Virus record (IMG/VR): IMGVR_UViG_3300042879_004886
Length of the DNA stretch: 20,000 nt
Reading direction: 5' to 3' (one strand)
Source: an uncultured virus (IMG/VR IMGVR_UViG_3300042879_004886)
Lineage: Duplodnaviria; Heunggongvirae; Uroviricota; Caudoviricetes
The notes beneath the pieces are model-generated. The model was given only the letters and a program-made list of their open reading frames with translations, was not told the origin of the DNA and made no database searches. The translations under genes and the position numbers were made by a program. The stretch's first letter is position 1. The number at the start of each line of letters is the position of its first letter. Positions 7,829 to 16,498 of the stretch are shown in pieces.

Positions 7829-9104
7829 AATCAGGTCTTTGTATTGTTTGCAAAGGTCCAGACAAAGGGCCAGCTTTACGCTTTTTCTCTTCTTCTCTGT
7901 TTTTTGCTCGCTGGTTAGCAACTTGTAAAAACGTCGGGTCTACTGCATAACCTTCGCCGCCACCACGCAAGAAAGCATCACCCATCATTTGCTCGCTGTC
8001 GGAATACATTGGATTGTACAATGATGATGCAGCTTTTTTCATTGTCTGATCTCTTGTTGTTACGTCTCCCATTGCACCAGCGACATCATAAGCAAAGTTT
8101 GAAGTAGAAATAGGATCTGACATGAAAACTCCAGAATTAAATCCCATTGGTCTTGTTGCATCAAAATCATTTTTCATTTGTGCAACACGTGTCTGACGCT
8201 CTCGTTGAGGTTTAATCACTTTGTCGCTATAGGCATCTTGGGCCACCTGCTGGGCATAATCGACATTTGATTGCAGACCTCTTGCTACATCTGAAGCGAT
8301 TGATTTTTTTGCAGTTTTAATGTCTTTTGCTGCTCTTGTTGCATCACCTTTTTTTACGTCCTGTAACACATCTGAAAGAAAGTCTAAACCTTCATTTTCT
8401 TTTCCCATATGGGTCTGGAAGGCCAATTCTGCCTGTGATCTTCCTATGTTTGGATCTAATTCGGGAGCTTTTGCCCTGCCTAGAGATTTTTCAAGTTCAA
8501 ATTCATAATCGGCAAATCTCGGATCACTTGTAATTTTTGATCTTGCCAATTCATTATGATGTTCGATTGCATCACCTGCTCTTTCAATTCCTCTTGCATT
8601 TACTTCCTGTGGATCAAGTCTATATGAAAATTCTTTTTTAATGTCATTTTTTATATTATCTGGCATCAAAGCCTCTATACTTGATGTCATGCGTAATTGG
8701 TTATATTTGTTTGATTTTTTTCTATTAAGTGCGTAATGTGGATTGTCTTGTAGTTGCCTTGATTTTTGAAATAGATGCTGTAATTCGTGTCTTAATGCGG
8801 AATTTTCTTGAGAAGTTGGAATTCTAATTTGTGCGGGAGAATCTGTATATATGTTGATTTTATGTGCATCGTGTGATAATTTGACTCCACCGGAATATTC
8901 TTTTTCTTTGGACAAAAATCGATAATCACCTAAAGTTCTACTGTCTTTTGGTTCAACAAATACATAGGTACCTATTCCACCGAGCGCATAGTTTGTCGAT
9001 TTGCCGGTCTTTGCTAAATTTTTTCCTAAAAGATCTGCTCTTGTTCTGGAGGCTTGTATTTGGTCTACAACGCCTTCTACCAAAAATTGTTTAAATCTCA
9101 GCAT
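7827..9104 (-). CDS. Putative virion internal protein with zincin-like metallopeptidase motif (HEXXH)
   Basis: The N-terminus MLRFKQFLVE resembles the T4 capsid-targeting sequence. SALRHELQHLFQ (HEXXH) is followed downstream by YRLDPQEVNAR (candidate third-ligand Glu). TATAAATA lies 5 nt upstream. Confidence 0.7.
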   Translation of the reverse strand: MLRFKQFLVEGVVDQIQASRTRADLLGKNLAKTGKSTNYALGGIGTYVFVEPKDSRTLGDYRFLSKEKEYSGGVKLSHDAHKINIYTDSPAQIRIPTSQENSALRHELQHLFQKSRQLQDNPHYALNRKKSNKYNQLRMTSSIEALMPDNIKNDIKKEFSYRLDPQEVNARGIERAGDAIEHHNELARSKITSDPRFADYEFELEKSLGRAKAPELDPNIGRSQAELAFQTHMGKENEGLDFLSDVLQDVKKGDATRAAKDIKTAKKSIASDVARGLQSNVDYAQQVAQDAYSDKVIKPQRERQTRVAQMKNDFDATRPMGFNSGVFMSDPISTSNFAYDVAGAMGDVTTRDQTMKKAASSLYNPMYSDSEQMMGDAFLRGGGEGYAVDPTFLQVANQRAKNREEEKKRKAGPLSGPLQTIQRPD

Positions 9105-9109
9105 ACCAA

Positions 9110-9152
9110 TATTTATAAACCCCCAGGCTTTTTGCCTAGGGGTTTATTTATA
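9110..9152 (-). promoter_or_regulatory. Hairpin (9115-9147, terminator-like) overlapped on both arms by perfect TATAAATA late boxes (9145-9152, 9110-9117)
   Basis: Minus strand reads TATAAATAAACCCCTAGGC-AAAAA-GCCTGGGGGTTTATAAATA, a 14-bp stem with one U-G. Confidence 0.65.
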
Positions 9153-9172
9153 CTCCTCCGACTATATTATTC

Positions 9173-9508
9173 TTATTTTGGTTGTGGGTGATGTATTTCA
9201 CAGTGGCAATTTGCACACAATAGATCACACTTATCCAATTCTTTTTTGGTTTTTTCCCATGAGTAAGGCATTCCTTTATGGGATAGTCCAAAATTTTTTT
9301 TATTTGGATCTCTGTGATGAAACTGCAACGCTGCTACGCAAGTTTTGTAGCCACATGATTGGCACTTTCCACCTTTATAATCTATACATTTTTGTTTTCT
9401 TCTTTGTCGGTAAATAGTAACTGCACACCCATTACATAAAGATTTTCTGTGTCCGTTTTTACGATTGTAGATAAATGATCTATTACATCTAGTACATATT
9501 GTATTCAT
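9173..9508 (-). CDS. Small HNH endonuclease with N-terminal CxxC/CxxC zinc finger (putative freestanding homing endonuclease)
   Basis: Motifs CTRC...CNGC, GGKCQSCGY, LQFHHRDP and KCDLLCANCHCEIH are present. ATG 9508 is preferred because CTAAATA (9514-9520) lies 5 nt upstream. Confidence 0.85.
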   Translation of the reverse strand: MNTICTRCNRSFIYNRKNGHRKSLCNGCAVTIYRQRRKQKCIDYKGGKCQSCGYKTCVAALQFHHRDPNKKNFGLSHKGMPYSWEKTKKELDKCDLLCANCHCEIHHPQPK

Positions 9509-9551
9509 ACTATTATTTAGTATTAGCACCCTTTGTACTGCCACACTTAAA

Positions 9552-9623
9552 CTGGAGCGACAGGATTCGAACCTGTAACCAATCCGTTAACAGCGGATTG
9601 CACCACCGTTGTGCTACGCTCCA
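9552..9623 (-). tRNA. tRNA-Asn (anticodon GTT), CCA not encoded
   Basis: Cloverleaf: acceptor TGGAGCG/CGCTCCA with discriminator G; D-arm GCAC/GTGC; anticodon stem ATCCG-CTGTTAA-CGGAT; T-arm ACAGG-TTCGAAT-CCTGT. Confidence 0.95.
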
Positions 9624-9631
9624 TAGAAGAA

Positions 9632-11521
9632 TCACACTATTTGACAACCACCTGCACCGCATGCATATTCTTTTGCGGATTCTGTATTGTCTTCTGCTTC
9701 GTATTTAGACAGATCCTTAAAGTTAACTTTAACCTTTGGATGTGCCGAATAAGTAGCAGAATCAATTTGCTCAAATGGAGCCTGAGCGTATGTATGACTA
9801 TCTCCACCAGGAAGGAACGAAATTCCTGTTGCCACATCAAAGTTTTCCCAGAGCCACTGACCGACCTCAAGGAACTCAGAGTCCCTGTAGTTAACGGTGA
9901 TTGATGGCTTGTGGTGGCAATAGTGTTCCTGATATGTCTTCCACAGATCCAAGTGATCCAGTGCACGGAGATCTTCCGTGGTGATTGTTCCCTTGGGGGC
10001 CTTCATCGCAAAGGTGAAGACCGCTGTGTTTCCTGGGTTGATAACATCATCTTCACAAGGAACGCCTTGATCCTTCATGAGATTGTAGATTGGATCTTTC
10101 TTGTCGATGCGAATTCTACGATAATAATAATCCGCATATCGTGGGTGTAGCCCTGATGCAGAATCCACCAAGCAAGAAGTTGTTCCCTCTGGCTTGACGC
10201 AAGTGATTGACTTGCTTGGGTTGATACCAAGTTTCTCTGCCCACTTGAGATTGGTTGCGGTTGCGTGATCACGAAGGGTTTCAAGTAGACGGATCAACTT
10301 TGGCTTGCCTTCAAGACCACTGGTAAGTTTGTTGTCATAGATGCCAGTCATGCTGACACCCAGCAATCTTTCATCTTCACAGTTCTTCTTCCACTCTGGA
10401 CGAAGATATGGGAAGTTCGTGAAGGTGGATTGAACGGTTCCTATGATCGTGGCAATCTCAATCTTCTTCTTCAGAGTTGCTGCAGTATCATCGGGACGAA
10501 CAACAACAGTTGAAAGATTGCAGAACTCAAACGGCTTGAGAATAATCTCTGAGCACGGGTTTGTTCCATATTCACAGTTTTCATCGCGGCCCCACTTGGC
10601 TGCTTGCTCTTGCAAGGCTCTACGATTAATCATTCCACGCTCACCGCTGTGGCTGTTGTAGAGTGATGTCCACTCCTCAAGGAATTGACCCATCGGTGGG
10701 CGACCACGATACACAGCAGAGTTGTTTGCGTATGAACGGAAACCAGCCTGCTCCCACCATGCACCACTCTTGCAGTGAGCCATCTCACGATCAGACAAAT
10801 CGCTGAGAGAAATCATAGCAGAGCGACGAACACCACCAACGATCACAGCATTGGCAATGGCACAGCAAATATCATGGCACTCAAGAGCAGTCAACTTGCG
10901 TCCTTGTGCGTTGTAGAAAACCTTGACAAGGAATTTAAACAAATTGTCAAGAGGTGCTGGACCACTGGCGCGGCCACCAAATGTCTTGAGTCTTGCGCCA
11001 GCAGGACGAATCTTGCTCAAGTCCCACTTGATGTGGCGACCTGCATATAGATGATCCATCAAGAACTTGACGGCATTGCCCCAGCCCTCCTTTGAATCTT
11101 CAACAACGTAAGTGACGTTGAAGTGCTTCTCAATCTTGCTTGCAACTGTTGGAAGTTTGTCTGTGTATTGACGCTCGACAGAATAACCAACGCCAGTACC
11201 GTTCATGAGAACAACAAACAACTCAGCAAATGATTCAAGAGAATCAATCGGTAAATAGGAGCAGTTGTACAAACAAGTATTGTCATGGTCTAATGCTGGT
11301 CCAGCAGTCATAAGACTACGCATAGATGGAAGAACCTCAAGATTCAGAATTGCTTCCTTTACATCAGGGCGTTCTGCAAGTTGAGGAACCTTGTTCGTAA
11401 AGTAATTCCACCAACGCTCCACGCATTCCTCCCAGCTTTCTCTGCGATTGTAATCAGGAAGCCATCTGGAGTAGCGTGAGATGAAAATAAACGATTGAAA
11501 CGGTGATAAAATTTCTGCCAT
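9632..11521 (-). CDS. nrdJ: Class II (adenosylcobalamin-dependent) ribonucleotide reductase, monomeric RTPR-type
   Basis: Motifs PSMRSL, NCSY, GTGVGYS, LKTFGGRASGP, VGGVRRSA, TNPCSEI (thiyl radical Cys), CNL, TCVKPEGT, ISFLP and C-terminal CGAGGC are present. There is no class I tyrosine pair. SD AGGAG lies upstream. Confidence 0.93.
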   Translation of the reverse strand: MAEILSPFQSFIFISRYSRWLPDYNRRESWEECVERWWNYFTNKVPQLAERPDVKEAILNLEVLPSMRSLMTAGPALDHDNTCLYNCSYLPIDSLESFAELFVVLMNGTGVGYSVERQYTDKLPTVASKIEKHFNVTYVVEDSKEGWGNAVKFLMDHLYAGRHIKWDLSKIRPAGARLKTFGGRASGPAPLDNLFKFLVKVFYNAQGRKLTALECHDICCAIANAVIVGGVRRSAMISLSDLSDREMAHCKSGAWWEQAGFRSYANNSAVYRGRPPMGQFLEEWTSLYNSHSGERGMINRRALQEQAAKWGRDENCEYGTNPCSEIILKPFEFCNLSTVVVRPDDTAATLKKKIEIATIIGTVQSTFTNFPYLRPEWKKNCEDERLLGVSMTGIYDNKLTSGLEGKPKLIRLLETLRDHATATNLKWAEKLGINPSKSITCVKPEGTTSCLVDSASGLHPRYADYYYRRIRIDKKDPIYNLMKDQGVPCEDDVINPGNTAVFTFAMKAPKGTITTEDLRALDHLDLWKTYQEHYCHHKPSITVNYRDSEFLEVGQWLWENFDVATGISFLPGGDSHTYAQAPFEQIDSATYSAHPKVKVNFKDLSKYEAEDNTESAKEYACGAGGCQIV

Positions 11522-11546
11522 ATTTGAGACTCCTATAGTGGTGTCT

Positions 11547-12281
11547 TTATTTAGTTGTTAGAGTTTGCCACGAAACTGGGAAAAGGGGAGCAATTAATTT
11601 GTCAATTGCCTTGGCATATTGCTGAATTTCCCATTGTGCGTGAGCGTCGATTCTCAGCTTGTAAACTCGGGCAAATGCGTAGAGAGAACCAGTCCACACA
11701 AATTCCGTATAAGTTCCTTGGGGAAGAATGGATCTTGCCTGTTCTGGGGCAACGCCATCTTGAATAAGTTTGCTGTAGAGATCTAGACATTCTTTTGCAA
11801 CTGCGTCATATTCTTGACGCATACGAATGCAGAGATCCATGTCTTCAATGGCACCACTGCTTCCTTGCTTAGCACCATCTGTTGGAGCATTTCTCCAAAG
11901 TGGAGTATAGATCTCTGGCTCAAATGTAACATAACGACGACTAACCTCATTCATGACCAGACCAATCTGGTGCTTGCCCAGCTGCGCACGAACGAATATC
12001 GGACACTTGATTCTAAGGCTAATCTGAGGATGGCAGAATGGAGTGAAGTGATCGTGCTTTGCAAGATACTTAATTAGTTTGGAATCTTTTTCAGGCAAAG
12101 ATTTAATTAGAACATGGCTATCAGCATAATCCCAAGAACTTTCCTTGTTGAAGGAAACTCTTGCTGCATTGACTACACTAAGATCCGAACCCATCCAATC
12201 AACTAGATCAACGTGACCATGATCTAAAACAAAAATTTTATTAGTCTGATCCGTTTTTGTGGTTGCTGTCTGAGTCATCAT
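11547..12281 (-). CDS. thyX: Flavin-dependent thymidylate synthase ThyX
   Basis: Motifs MGSDLSVVNAARVS, HFTPF, PIFVRAQLGKHQ..NEVSRRY (KHQ variant of RHR-x7-S), APEQARSILPQ and HAQWEI. Confidence 0.95.
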   Translation of the reverse strand: MMTQTATTKTDQTNKIFVLDHGHVDLVDWMGSDLSVVNAARVSFNKESSWDYADSHVLIKSLPEKDSKLIKYLAKHDHFTPFCHPQISLRIKCPIFVRAQLGKHQIGLVMNEVSRRYVTFEPEIYTPLWRNAPTDGAKQGSSGAIEDMDLCIRMRQEYDAVAKECLDLYSKLIQDGVAPEQARSILPQGTYTEFVWTGSLYAFARVYKLRIDAHAQWEIQQYAKAIDKLIAPLFPVSWQTLTTK

Positions 12282-12474
12282 TTATATCCTCATCTTCATC
12301 TACAAGTTCAATCTTTACGCCGGGAATCTTGGTAAAATCTGCTGCATATTCTCTGGCTCTTTCCCATAACTTTGGATCCATTTCCTTCACATATTCACTA
12401 AAGCGGTGAACAAAAGTAAGATATGCTTCACTAGCTTTTAATACGTCTTCTTCTGAGATTTCATCGTCTTCCAT
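12241..12474 (-). CDS. Small acidic hypothetical protein
   Basis: The ATG lies 2 nt after the primase stop, and the ORF fills the gap to thyX in operon orientation. Confidence 0.7.
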   Translation of the reverse strand: MEDDEISEEDVLKASEAYLTFVHRFSEYVKEMDPKLWERAREYAADFTKIPGVKIELVDEDEDINDDSDSNHKNGSD

Positions 12475-12476
12475 TA

Positions 12477-13454
12477 TTAAACCTTCTTCCAGTAAGTGTA
12501 CTTCATTTTTGCCTTAAGTCCAGAATATACATTGTTTATTATAAGCTTAGTGGTTATAGAATTGCCATAAGCAATTACCATGTCATTGATGTCTTTTTTA
12601 TTTATCTCTTCGGGCCATATGACTACGTTTCTTCCCGCGTCAATGTATTTTCCTATGAGTGATACTATTTCTTCGTTTCTTGGTTCATTGTCAAAAATAA
12701 AAACAACGTTTGAATTACTGATCTTTTCAGGAAGATCCGCAAGCCAGCCTGCGCCTTGCATCGCAACACCATTGCTCATAAACATTGAATCTATCGGACC
12801 CTCTGTTACGTAAACCGTGGATCTTGGATCAACTTTATTTAGATTATACCAAAGACGTTCGCAACCCTCTTGTTTGAGCGTGATATAGCGGATTGCATTC
12901 TCAGTGAACGCTCGTCCCTGGACACCAATGAGGTTTCCGGCCTCATCGAAGAATGGTATAACGAGTCGTTCTTCCTGCTTCCCTTCACGATCAAAGGACT
13001 GCATGATCTTACTAAAGTCATTAGTGTAATAAAAATTTGTATACTTTTCTTTCGGAATCCTTCTAGATTCAACATATTTTACCGCCTTATGATCTGGGTT
13101 GAGCAGGTCAAGCCGTGTGCCGAGTTCAGTAAATACAGGGTGACGCTTTGGCTGCTCTTGCTTTTTAATTGGTTCTGGGTTTTTCTCTTTGTAAACTTCA
13201 AATGAGTATTCTTTGCAGAGAGATGGGCTGACACTTTCAAGTACAGAATATAAATTACAAGAAAACCCGCAATTGTGACATTTGTAAACATAATGACCTT
13301 TGTTCTCAAAGAAATATCCCCTTGTCTTGGACTTGTTTTTCTTTGAGTCGCCACACTTAAAACATCTACATGTGGCTAGTGAATCTTTTTTCCACTTGAA
13401 CTTCTGCAACGAACCAGACACAAGATTCACATACTTCTTGTCAATATACAGCAT
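12477..13454 (-). CDS. DNA primase, T4 gp61-like
   Basis: Zn-binding CFKCGDS...YKCHNCG; RLVIPF, QGR; TOPRIM VTEGPIDSMF, DNEPRN, KDINDM. Confidence 0.95.
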   Translation of the reverse strand: MLYIDKKYVNLVSGSLQKFKWKKDSLATCRCFKCGDSKKNKSKTRGYFFENKGHYVYKCHNCGFSCNLYSVLESVSPSLCKEYSFEVYKEKNPEPIKKQEQPKRHPVFTELGTRLDLLNPDHKAVKYVESRRIPKEKYTNFYYTNDFSKIMQSFDREGKQEERLVIPFFDEAGNLIGVQGRAFTENAIRYITLKQEGCERLWYNLNKVDPRSTVYVTEGPIDSMFMSNGVAMQGAGWLADLPEKISNSNVVFIFDNEPRNEEIVSLIGKYIDAGRNVVIWPEEINKKDINDMVIAYGNSITTKLIINNVYSGLKAKMKYTYWKKV

Positions 13455-14869
13455 TATTTAGCGCCTTCAAAAGACCAATTGATTGCCTTGTTTTTCTTTT
13501 TTGCAAACATTGGGTTGAAAGATTCACCGTCTGATCCCGAACCAAAGCCTTCTTCATCTGTGTTGTTAGCATTGATTAGGTTATTGTTGCTGTTATCAAC
13601 ATCAAAAAATTTCATCTTTGATTTGTTAACGCCAACCAAAAACTTTCTATTCTTTGTAAGATCGTTTCCTCTATTTTTGAGTTGCTTTACCATTATCTGA
13701 CCACCTGTGGCAAGCTCTTCATTTTCAATCAAAGCAAAGAAAAAATCTGCTGTTTGAGGAAGTCCAAAGCTTTCAGATGTATCAGTCATTTCCATGTCGC
13801 TGCTCTTGGCACCTTCACGGTTTACCTGAGTTGCCGTCCATACAGGCACATTAAACTGCTTTGCAAGACCTCTAAGCTCCTCTGCAATTCCCTTTACGTA
13901 GGTATAACTATTCATTCCATTGCCCAATTTAAATCGAGCACAAGAACAAATATTTAAATAGTCAACAAAAATTACATCAGGAATAAACTTCTTCTTGATC
14001 TTAAGTTCCTCAAGAAGATTCCTAAAATGGGTTACGTTTCCTGCAGCGGTTGGATATTCCTTGATAATGAGTTTTCCACGGCATGTACGCTTTAGGTTTT
14101 CAATCTTTCCTTCGTACTGTGCATGTGGCATCTTCTCAAGTACATGCATATCCGTATCAAGAAGATTGGCATCAATTCTTTTTGCTATTTCCTCTTCGGC
14201 CATCTCCAAGGTAATGTACAGTACATTCAAATTTTGTGAAAGACATGCTGCTGCATGGTGGCATAGAAATGCACTTTTGCCAACACCAGATGCTGCCATG
14301 ACGACATTCAGTGTCTTCTTCCGAGTTCCACCACGGGTAATGACATTAAACATCTCCAAATCAAATGGGACTTTTTCTTCTACACGGTGATAATAATCAT
14401 ATCTTTCATCCATGTCTTCCAGGAAATCGTGACCAACTCTGGTATCAAAAGATACCGAAAGAGCTTTTGACATTATTTCTGGAATAGCATTTTGAGTTTT
14501 TTCTTTGTCTTTTCCCTCTATGATGCCTATTGATTCCATGATACCATTATAAATTGCTTTTTCCTTGCAGAACTTTTCTGTATTTTCTACAAGCCAAATG
14601 GTATCGGATTTTTCTCCCTCTTTGTACATTTCCTCCGAGATAGAAACACACTTTTTGAACTCTACCTCACCAAGACCCTTCTCATTTTCAAGAGAAATGA
14701 GAATAGCATCCTTTGTTGGTATGCTATTGTACTTCAAGATAAACTTGCTTACAATATTGAAGACCGTCTTTTCAGACTTGTCATGAAAGTATTCCTCTTG
14801 GAGGAACGGAACAACTTTGCGAGCATAGTCCTCATTGAGGACCAAGTTCTTCAGAATAACTGTTTCCAT
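13454..14869 (-). CDS. Replicative DNA helicase, T4 gp41-like
   Basis: Walker A AASGVGKS, YITLEMAEE, IIKEYPT, VDYLNI, AEELRGLA, ATQVNR, TSESFGLP and KQLKNR. Confidence 0.96.
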   Translation of the reverse strand: METVILKNLVLNEDYARKVVPFLQEEYFHDKSEKTVFNIVSKFILKYNSIPTKDAILISLENEKGLGEVEFKKCVSISEEMYKEGEKSDTIWLVENTEKFCKEKAIYNGIMESIGIIEGKDKEKTQNAIPEIMSKALSVSFDTRVGHDFLEDMDERYDYYHRVEEKVPFDLEMFNVITRGGTRKKTLNVVMAASGVGKSAFLCHHAAACLSQNLNVLYITLEMAEEEIAKRIDANLLDTDMHVLEKMPHAQYEGKIENLKRTCRGKLIIKEYPTAAGNVTHFRNLLEELKIKKKFIPDVIFVDYLNICSCARFKLGNGMNSYTYVKGIAEELRGLAKQFNVPVWTATQVNREGAKSSDMEMTDTSESFGLPQTADFFFALIENEELATGGQIMVKQLKNRGNDLTKNRKFLVGVNKSKMKFFDVDNSNNNLINANNTDEEGFGSGSDGESFNPMFAKKKNKAINWSFEGAK

Positions 14870-14875
14870 GTTTTT

Positions 14876-14903
14876 ATTATATCTTTGTTTTTAAAACTGT
14901 CCA
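14876..14903 (-). promoter_or_regulatory. Sigma70-like promoter TGGACA-N16-TATAAT, 6 nt before the helicase ATG
   Basis: Minus strand reads TGGACA gttttaaaaacaaaga TATAAT aaaaac ATG. Confidence 0.6.
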
Positions 14904-14906
14904 GCA

Positions 14907-15227
14907 TCAATCAGAGTGAACATCGTCTTCTAAATCTATTGGTTCTTTTTTTTCTTTTGTTGTTGCCACATCTTTTTCTATGATGTCAACAAAAATTTCA
15001 CCAACAGTTTCAGTGAATTCTTCAGTATTTTGATCAAATCCTTCTGGGGATGTCACCAAAGTTATATCCATGTTTACTACCAATTCCTGTTTGGCATTTT
15101 CATTTATAGAAATTTTTCCATATCTAAAAACTATATCTTTAAACTCCCCACTCATTATTTGAATCGGGCAGTTTTCATTTGGTTCACATATGGATTCTAA
15201 AAATTTATATTTAGGAACTTTGACCAT
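14907..15227 (-). CDS. Hypothetical protein, possibly T4 gp40-like (head vertex assembly chaperone)
   Basis: It sits between uvsX and gene 41, the position of gene 40 in T4. It is ~106 aa and acidic with IQIMSGEFKDIVFRYGKI. ATG 15227 is preferred over the track's longer start. Confidence 0.5.
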   Translation of the reverse strand: MVKVPKYKFLESICEPNENCPIQIMSGEFKDIVFRYGKISINENAKQELVVNMDITLVTSPEGFDQNTEEFTETVGEIFVDIIEKDVATTKEKKEPIDLEDDVHSD

Positions 15228-16233
15228 ATTTAAAATCCTTTTGGACTGATGTATCAAGTTTATTTAAAATATCTAGAGTAAAATACTTTTCCGGCTCATC
15301 ATCAATATTTTTTTCAAACACCTTTGATCCATCTGGCAATTCAATTCTAGTAGAAACCTTTTTAAAGATTCCGTATTTGATTGCAAGATCAGTGAGACCA
15401 TAATACCTGCTGAGACCGGATGTATAATTTAGCCTTGTCTCAACCTGCATATTTTCCTTGACAAAACGATTCTTGTAGTTGGTGCACTTGATAAAATTTC
15501 CAACGACACCATCGTCCGTCTTGTCTTTGCTCTTTGAGAGAGTAAGAATATTACTGGCGGCATACTTCAAACCAATACCACCACCAAGTTCCTTGGTAGG
15601 CACATAGGCACCGATGACCTGATATGTGTGGTTGGTGAGAAGCATGGGAATCTTAGCCTTGCCAAGCTTAAGAGTGAGAACCCTGAATGTTGCCTTGGTC
15701 TGCTGGGCCTTGGTCATGTCACGGACATCCTTGCCTTCAGCAGAGTCTGTCATCTCCTTACGGGTAGACAACATGCCAAGTGAGTCAAGAATCATGAAGA
15801 CCGGCTTGCGATCCTCTTCGGGTTGCTCAAGAATGTCATTGACAATCTTAAGTGCCTGGGTCTTGAACTCTTCGATTGTGGCAACGGGAATGACCGCCAC
15901 GCGCTCAGGATCAACACCCCTTGCAGTGAACATGTCAGATGTCACTGCTTGCTCGGTATCAAAATAAATCACAACACCGTCTTTGTGATCCTTCAGAAAC
16001 TGGCCTGCGATGCCAATGGCATAGAAGGTCTTTCCCGTTGCCGGATCTCCTGCCAAGCAGGAGATCTTGTTGTTTGGTAAACCCCCGAAGATGGATCCAG
16101 ACAGCAATGCATTCAATGCATAGGAACCAGTGTCGATGAAGCCAGATACGTCGGCTCCATCGATACCTTCCGATACAAGAGTTGCGTCAGGATTATCAAT
16201 TTTGCTTATTAAATTTTTTAGATACTTTGACAT
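15211..16233 (-). CDS. uvsX: RecA-like recombinase UvsX
   Basis: Motifs IDTGSYALNALLSG, Walker A GDPATGKT, FDTE, LDSLGML, DMTKAQ, TNHTY and GGGIGLKYAAS. The likely start is MSKYLK at 16233. Confidence 0.95.
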   Translation of the reverse strand: MSKYLKNLISKIDNPDATLVSEGIDGADVSGFIDTGSYALNALLSGSIFGGLPNNKISCLAGDPATGKTFYAIGIAGQFLKDHKDGVVIYFDTEQAVTSDMFTARGVDPERVAVIPVATIEEFKTQALKIVNDILEQPEEDRKPVFMILDSLGMLSTRKEMTDSAEGKDVRDMTKAQQTKATFRVLTLKLGKAKIPMLLTNHTYQVIGAYVPTKELGGGIGLKYAASNILTLSKSKDKTDDGVVGNFIKCTNYKNRFVKENMQVETRLNYTSGLSRYYGLTDLAIKYGIFKKVSTRIELPDGSKVFEKNIDDEPEKYFTLDILNKLDTSVQKDFKYGQSS

Positions 16234-16495
16234 TTTTTGCTTTCTTAACGGAAAGTATAACACTTGCATAGTTATCTGCAAGGTTGCTTTCATCAATTTC
16301 TATATTGGTTATTACAGGGGTGTCTTCAACATCAAGAAGTCTATCACCAATGATATAGCATGGACCGCCTTCAAAGTCAAATAGACCAATGCCGTGGCGA
16401 GTATAAAGAGACCTGCCTTCGATTCGGTAACGTCCATCTTCAAGAAGCGTAATAGTTCGTTCATCACCATATCTAGATTTAAGTTTCTTTACCAT
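16196..16495 (-). CDS. Hypothetical protein (99 aa)
   Basis: In operon orientation with tight spacing to both neighbours; contains FDFEGGP. No function recognised. Confidence 0.7.
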   Translation of the reverse strand: MVKKLKSRYGDERTITLLEDGRYRIEGRSLYTRHGIGLFDFEGGPCYIIGDRLLDVEDTPVITNIEIDESNLADNYASVILSVKKAKNVKVSKKFNKQN

Positions 16496-16498
16496 TTC

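Noticed and set aside
7736..7921. 61-aa minus-strand ORF
   Set aside because: It overlaps the 425-aa gene out of frame and runs through the terminator and the structured element. It has no start signals.
9632..11521. Higher GC in nrdJ as evidence of recent horizontal transfer
   Set aside because: uvsX shows a similar enrichment by eye, so codon adaptation of highly expressed genes is an equally good explanation. This was not quantified.
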